In this document: positions 59,208 through 64,000 of the stretch, piece after piece
Layout: each line of letters begins with the position of its first letter
Position numbering within the stretch: position 1 is the stretch's first letter
Assembly: GCA_026397015.1 (NCBI GenBank)
Contig: JAPLVR010000005.1
Coordinates: 57,231 to 121,230, forward strand
Reading direction: 5' to 3'
Length of the DNA stretch: 64,000 nucleotides
Origin: Candidatus Iainarchaeum sp.
GTDB taxonomy: Archaea > Iainarchaeota > Iainarchaeia > Iainarchaeales > JAAZKV01
Program-made: the position numbers and the translations under genes
Notes under the pieces: generated by a model
What the model saw: only the letters and a program-made list of their open reading frames with translations
Databases searched by the model: none
What the model was told of the DNA's origin: nothing

Positions 59208-62075
59208 ATGAAACTAGGGATTTTTTTTGGTTTTTTGGTTCTGCTCGTGCTGGCAAATTTGGTGTTTGCGGCGGATTCCAACGATGTTTTGATATCTGAT
59301 GTGAATGTTTCGCCCGCCGCGCTTTATGCCTCAAAAAACGACCAAACGGTTACAATCGATGTCAATGCCGGCAATTTTACCGATGGCTCGCTTGACATGA
59401 ATGTTCTCTTGTTTTATAATGCCGCCTTCGCAGATTCAAATTCGGTTTTGATTGATGTAAACACCTACAAAATAGTGCAATTTACGATGGTTATTTCCGG
59501 AGGCACATACGGGAGTCAGACAATTTTGGCTTCCCTGAACCCGGTTGAAAATGAATCTAATGTGGCTGACAATAATTATTCTGAAGTTGTTTCATTTGAA
59601 AAAATAGATGTGAATGTTTCGTCCGTTTCGCCTGCTGTCGCATCCGGTGCGTTGAGAAAAGGCCGGCGCGCAGAATTTAGTGTAACAGCCATTAACAGCG
59701 GAACTTCTGCAAGAGATGTAAATGTACTTTTCTATTCAAACGGAATCCTCGCGGATTCAAATTCCATTTTGGTTGCTTCAGGCCAGTCCAAAGTTTTTAC
59801 TTTCACAAAAATTTTTTCTGATTTCAATAATGACCTCAACTTTGTTGTCATTCCTGATTTACATGAGTATGAAACCAATGATAATAATTATTATTTGCGC
59901 TACGTTGTCCTGTCGGACCAGAATGATGCCAAAATAACAGGGGTTTCCTTCCTTAACAGCAGATACTCCAACAGACAGCTGAAAGACACAAATTTTTTGA
60001 TAGCTGTCACCGTTGCGAATATTGGGTCCGGCAATTTTAACAGCGATTTAAATGTAAGGCTTTATGTTGACGGGAATTATTCCGATTCGAATACAATTTC
60101 AATCCGTCCGGGCGATTCTAATGTTGTGTACATTACAAAAAACTTTTCAACGGTCGGAACATATGACTTTACTTTGAGCATCGCCCCTTTATCGGATGAA
60201 ACGAGCCTCTCGGACAACAATTCTTCGGCCGTTTTTGTTATTGACGGCAACATGGCAATCCTTCACGCTGTTTCATTTTCTGCAGGCGTTTATCCTGACA
60301 CCAATCAAAGAATTGATTTTAACGCAGGCAACTATGGCCCCACCGCCAATTTAATCCTGCGTCTTTTCAACAAAGACACTAACGCGCTTCTTGATACGGA
60401 AACGGTCTCGATGGGCAAGAATGATAATAACTGGTTGAGCCTTTACACGGGATTTTTGTCTACGAACGGGGTAAACCATTTTACCGCATCGATTGGCAAT
60501 CTTGCCAACGAATATATCTATGATAACAATTTGAACTTCAATATAACAGTTGGAAGCATTTATTCGGGCGATGTAAACCACAGCAATCCGACCAATAATC
60601 CCGGCAGTGGAGACCAAAATAACTTCACGCCCGGAACGGTTGAATCAAATTCAAAAACTGCCACAGTTGCCGCTGATTTGAATGCAGTTTCCGCCTTGGA
60701 AAGTTATTACAGCTCCGCCGAACTGGAAGAGGCAAAATCAAATACGGCTGATGCGAGTTTCACACGAGTCATTGTCAACCTTGCCACTACAAGTTCCACT
60801 GGAAGCGTTACGTATAAAACAAAAATAAAGGTCCACATAAACAAGGCTTTTTCATCTAGTGTAAAAGAATTGAAGGTCGTTGAAATTATACCAAAAACAA
60901 TTGCTTCAAATTCGAGCAAAATAAGTTCCGATATGAACTTCAAGGTTCTCAAAAGCGACCCGATACTAGAGTTTACTCTTTCCCCGAGCCAGGATGTAGT
61001 GTATTATATTGATTCAAATGTAGACACCAACGCGATAAGCGATTTTAATTCGCCGATTATTATGAAAATCACCCTTCAAGAGCAAACCCTGACAGATGAT
61101 GGGGATGCAGACGTTCAAATCGGCGATACTAATAAAGATTCAACTGACCAGAACAATTTAACTGGTTTGGCGGGAATTCTTTCAAAGCTCGGCATCGGGG
61201 GCAGTGCAAATATTGATTTGATTTCAAAGATCGGTTTGTTTGTCGTCCTTATTATTGCCGCGATTTTTGTTGTTTTCAGAATAGCTTCAGAAAAGAAAAA
61301 GAAAGCTCAGGGCATGTCCTCAATCACAATGACCAAATCAAAAATGGAACTCCCTAAATTGGGTGCCAATTGGAGCGGCCTGCCGCCCCTTCCTGCCAAG
61401 CAAATTCCATTACAGGAAACTTCGAACCAATCTCAAAAGCCTGAAATCGGACAACAAAAAACCCCTCTTTCAAAACCTTTTGTCTGGAAGCCTTCGGCTG
61501 AAAAGAAAAGCATTTTTGAATCGTTAAAGTCAAAGCTCTCTTCGATTTCAGTTCCGAAAATGGCCGTTCCAACAGTTCAGGCGCAGCAGCCCCAGTTTTC
61601 GGCGCAGCAGCCGCAGCCGGTTGCGTTGCAAATAGGCAAGATTGCCGAAACCGCGCTGGACAACAGCCCGAGTTCAGGAATTCCTGAGGAGTTCAGCCAG
61701 TGTCTGGACGCGATTGCCATTGCCGAGGCAAAACTTAATTCAATCGGAACTGTTTTTTCAAGAAAGATGATTTGCGAATCCTATATTGACGCGAATAACG
61801 CGCAAAAGGAAAGAACAAAAATAATAATTCAGGTCAAAAAATCTTTTTTGAAAGAAACGAAATCCCTGAATACCATTGAGGCGATTCCAAAGCAAATACT
61901 GGCAGATATCTCAAAATTTAGGTCAGATTCCGCTTCAAAGTTTATCGGGGAAAATGTTGTTGAATTTACTATTGGCATTGATGATGACATCGTTTATTAC
62001 ATCGATGAAAATGTCGGCGTGAACAAAATAATTCTGTTCAAGTCGCCACTCATAACAAAAATAAACAGTTCATGA
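59208..62075 (+). CDS. Large surface protein: CARDB-like repeats, TM helix, long cytoplasmic tail
   Basis: Signal peptide, four modules ending E....DNN, TM followed by KKKK, Q/P-rich linker. Confidence 0.8.
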   Translation: MKLGIFFGFLVLLVLANLVFAADSNDVLISDVNVSPAALYASKNDQTVTIDVNAGNFTDGSLDMNVLLFYNAAFADSNSVLIDVNTYKIVQFTMVISGGTYGSQTILASLNPVENESNVADNNYSEVVSFEKIDVNVSSVSPAVASGALRKGRRAEFSVTAINSGTSARDVNVLFYSNGILADSNSILVASGQSKVFTFTKIFSDFNNDLNFVVIPDLHEYETNDNNYYLRYVVLSDQNDAKITGVSFLNSRYSNRQLKDTNFLIAVTVANIGSGNFNSDLNVRLYVDGNYSDSNTISIRPGDSNVVYITKNFSTVGTYDFTLSIAPLSDETSLSDNNSSAVFVIDGNMAILHAVSFSAGVYPDTNQRIDFNAGNYGPTANLILRLFNKDTNALLDTETVSMGKNDNNWLSLYTGFLSTNGVNHFTASIGNLANEYIYDNNLNFNITVGSIYSGDVNHSNPTNNPGSGDQNNFTPGTVESNSKTATVAADLNAVSALESYYSSAELEEAKSNTADASFTRVIVNLATTSSTGSVTYKTKIKVHINKAFSSSVKELKVVEIIPKTIASNSSKISSDMNFKVLKSDPILEFTLSPSQDVVYYIDSNVDTNAISDFNSPIIMKITLQEQTLTDDGDADVQIGDTNKDSTDQNNLTGLAGILSKLGIGGSANIDLISKIGLFVVLIIAAIFVVFRIASEKKKKAQGMSSITMTKSKMELPKLGANWSGLPPLPAKQIPLQETSNQSQKPEIGQQKTPLSKPFVWKPSAEKKSIFESLKSKLSSISVPKMAVPTVQAQQPQFSAQQPQPVALQIGKIAETALDNSPSSGIPEEFSQCLDAIAIAEAKLNSIGTVFSRKMICESYIDANNAQKERTKIIIQVKKSFLKETKSLNTIEAIPKQILADISKFRSDSASKFIGENVVEFTIGIDDDIVYYIDENVGVNKIILFKSPLITKINSS

Positions 62076-62087
62076 AGAGGTGTTTTT

Positions 62088-62273
62088 GTGAGCGTTCCAA
62101 TAATTATGAAAACCGGTGTTTTTACTTTAATTGTTTGCCTGATTCTTGCCTTTGCGGCGCTAATTTATGGAAAAGTTGAAGTTTTCGTTTATTCCGCCCT
62201 CATAGTTATTATTTTCTTTCTGGTGCTTGATACCTTTGAAAGGGAAGCCGTTCGTTTGGGAAAGAAAGTTTAA
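62088..62273 (+). CDS. Small two-TM protein
   Basis: GAGGTG RBS, hydrophobic helices. Confidence 0.55.
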   Translation: MSVPIIMKTGVFTLIVCLILAFAALIYGKVEVFVYSALIVIIFFLVLDTFEREAVRLGKKV

Positions 62274-62413
62274 ACCCTTCATTTTCCAAAAAAGCCATCT
62301 TTTTAAATTTCACCTGCGTTAATTTTATTGGAGTTTGCCAAGGGCAAGCTTCATCGAGCATCAGCGAAGATGATGCTTTTTGCAAGTCTTTGAAAAAGGT
62401 TGAGACGAAATAG

Positions 62414-62446
62414 TTTTTCGCCAGCCTTTTTTCGGAAAAAGGCTGT
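62414..62446. repeat. Palindrome-family copy next to the tRNA-Ser 5' end
   Basis: tttttcgccagccttttttcggaaaaaggctgt. Confidence 0.85.
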
Positions 62447-62613
62447 GCTGGGATGGCAGAGTGGTTAAATGCGGCAGCCTGCTAAACTTTTAACAAAAGT
62501 TTAATCAAAAATGCCCCCCTTGGGGGCGTAAACTTTTGGAAAAGTTTAATCAAAAAAATTTGCGGCGAGCTGTTGCCCTACCGGGCGCCCGAGTTCAAAT
62601 CTCGGTCCCAGCG
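62447..62613 (+). tRNA. tRNA-Ser(GCT) with an 83-nt intron at 37/38 (62485-62567)
   Basis: GCTGGGA/TCCCAGC acceptor stem, G73, GCAGC-CTGCTA|A-GCTGT, long variable arm, GTTCAAATC; BHB central helix CTGC/GCGG. Confidence 0.92.
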
Positions 62614-64000
62614 TCGAACTCGTAGTTCAAAAACTTACAAAGAGCTCAATTCACTTTAAAAAGAACGGGAACGCGTTTCTGTTCGGGAAAACAGGTGAAT
62701 TGGATGGAAAAAGAGTACGGTTTTCATGGCTACGACCAAAAATTAGGGTATTTGTTGCAAAGGATAAACCCGGAAAAACACGGTTTTGATGAGCGCCAAA
62801 AAGTTAAGAATGTTCGAATTGGGCCCCTTAATTTGACGCCTAATAACAAGGTTGTTCTAGAACGGTACTATTTGGATTTAGTTAACGAGGGTTTAACCAA
62901 ACCCAGAATTCTTTCTTTGTTAGACCAGACGAGCAGGATTCTTGAATGGTTGAATAAGGATTATGACAAGGTAATGGAAGAGGACATAAAAGGGATTGTT
63001 TCGCGTGTAAGAAACGCCGATATAAGCGAATATACCAAATCTGATTACCTTACAAAGCTAAAAAGGTTCGACAAGTGGTTCCATGGCGGCGAAGATTACT
63101 CACCCCTTACCAGAAGAATTCGAACCACGGTTAAAATGAAGGACATGAAATTGCCTTCCGAATTGATAAGCCCTGAGGAGGCAGAGCAACTAATAAACGC
63201 GACCGATACGAGCCGCGACCGAGCCCTAATACATTTGCTTTGGGAGAGTGGCGCCAGGGTCGGCGAGGCAGCGAATCTTAAAATCAAAGACCTTGAATTC
63301 AAAAAAGGAGAATGTCGCGCAATCCTCACAGGCAAGACAGGTTCAAGGCGTGTCCTATTGTTGGAATGTGTTAGAGATATTCAAAACTATGTAAAAGTGA
63401 GAAATGCAAAAAGCCCCGAAGATTACCTTTTTGTTTTAGAAGGCAATAGAAATAAGGGAAAACAAATAACATATGGTGGCGTTGCCAGGGTAATTGATGA
63501 CATTAAAGAAAAAATCAACATGAAAAAAAGACTTCACCCGCACCTCTTTCGGCACTCTCGTGCAACATACTTAGCAAGCAAAGGACTTAGCGAGGCTCAA
63601 CTCTGCATGATATTCGGGTGGATAATAGGCTCAAAGCAAGTCCGCACATACATTCACCTATCAGGCGCACAAGTGGAATCTGCATACAAAAAAATTTACG
63701 GAATGCAAAAACAGGAAGAAACAGAACCACAATTAATTAGATGCCAAGTTTGTGGAGAATTTAACCCGCCAAAAAACGATTCCTGCCAAAACTGCTACAA
63801 CCCACTAACAATACAAGGTGCCCTAAAAATAAAACAAGAAAACGAGCTCCTCCAACACGACAGAAACATTTCACAAAAAGTTTTCGCAGAAGCATTCCGC
63901 CTTGTAAGCGAACAAAAAATAAGCATAGACGAAGCACAAAAACAAGCAATCAAAATAATCGCCCAACAAACACTCCAACAAACAAGGTCAGTACCTGCAC
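62614..64000 (+). mobile_element. Probable left boundary of a tRNA-Ser-integrated element
   Basis: Integrase starts 90 bp after the tRNA 3' end; sequence becomes A/C-rich. Confidence 0.6.
62704..64000 (+). CDS. Tyrosine integrase with C-terminal Zn ribbon, open at window end (not in ORF track)
   Basis: AGGTGA RBS; hand translation gives WESGARVGE, GKTG.R, HPHLFRHSRAT, FGW, RTYIHL, CQVC...CQNC with no stop. Confidence 0.92.
   Translation, partial: MEKEYGFHGYDQKLGYLLQRINPEKHGFDERQKVKNVRIGPLNLTPNNKVVLERYYLDLVNEGLTKPRILSLLDQTSRILEWLNKDYDKVMEEDIKGIVSRVRNADISEYTKSDYLTKLKRFDKWFHGGEDYSPLTRRIRTTVKMKDMKLPSELISPEEAEQLINATDTSRDRALIHLLWESGARVGEAANLKIKDLEFKKGECRAILTGKTGSRRVLLLECVRDIQNYVKVRNAKSPEDYLFVLEGNRNKGKQITYGGVARVIDDIKEKINMKKRLHPHLFRHSRATYLASKGLSEAQLCMIFGWIIGSKQVRTYIHLSGAQVESAYKKIYGMQKQEETEPQLIRCQVCGEFNPPKNDSCQNCYNPLTIQGALKIKQENELLQHDRNISQKVFAEAFRLVSEQKISIDEAQKQAIKIIAQQTLQQTRSVPA

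Overview
Gene-dense archaeal chromosome segment (TFB, histone, rpS8e, Hef, NucS, Dph5, Pus10, BHB-type tRNA introns, form III RuBisCO). Gene content and surface-protein style suggest a DPANN lineage, probably Iainarchaeota/Diapherotrites (inference). No CRISPR array or rRNA was seen. Main points of interest: (1) a divergent 8-gene locus at 48.8-55.0 kb with an active and a degenerate RimK-type ATP-grasp ligase, three peptidase classes (RimB-like aspartic, MATCAP/DUF1704-like HExxxH, M29), a GNAT and a LysW-like Zn-ribbon protein with a tubulin-like acidic Tyr-containing tail, a candidate reversible C-terminal peptide-tagging system; (2) a family of short palindromes (N5-TTTT-N3-AAAA-N5'-N3-AAAA) that makes up much of both tRNA introns and also flanks tRNA genes; (3) a free-standing LAGLIDADG endonuclease next to tRNA-Leu, and an integrase absent from the ORF track next to tRNA-Ser; (4) a roughly 90-bp IS200/IS605-like miniature element; (5) surface proteins with strong D-x-N enrichment, TSP1-like repeats and a shared C-terminal PPALP motif; (6) an ORFan flanked by a duplicated rbcL promoter. 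All calls are from reading the sequence by eye; no searches were run.
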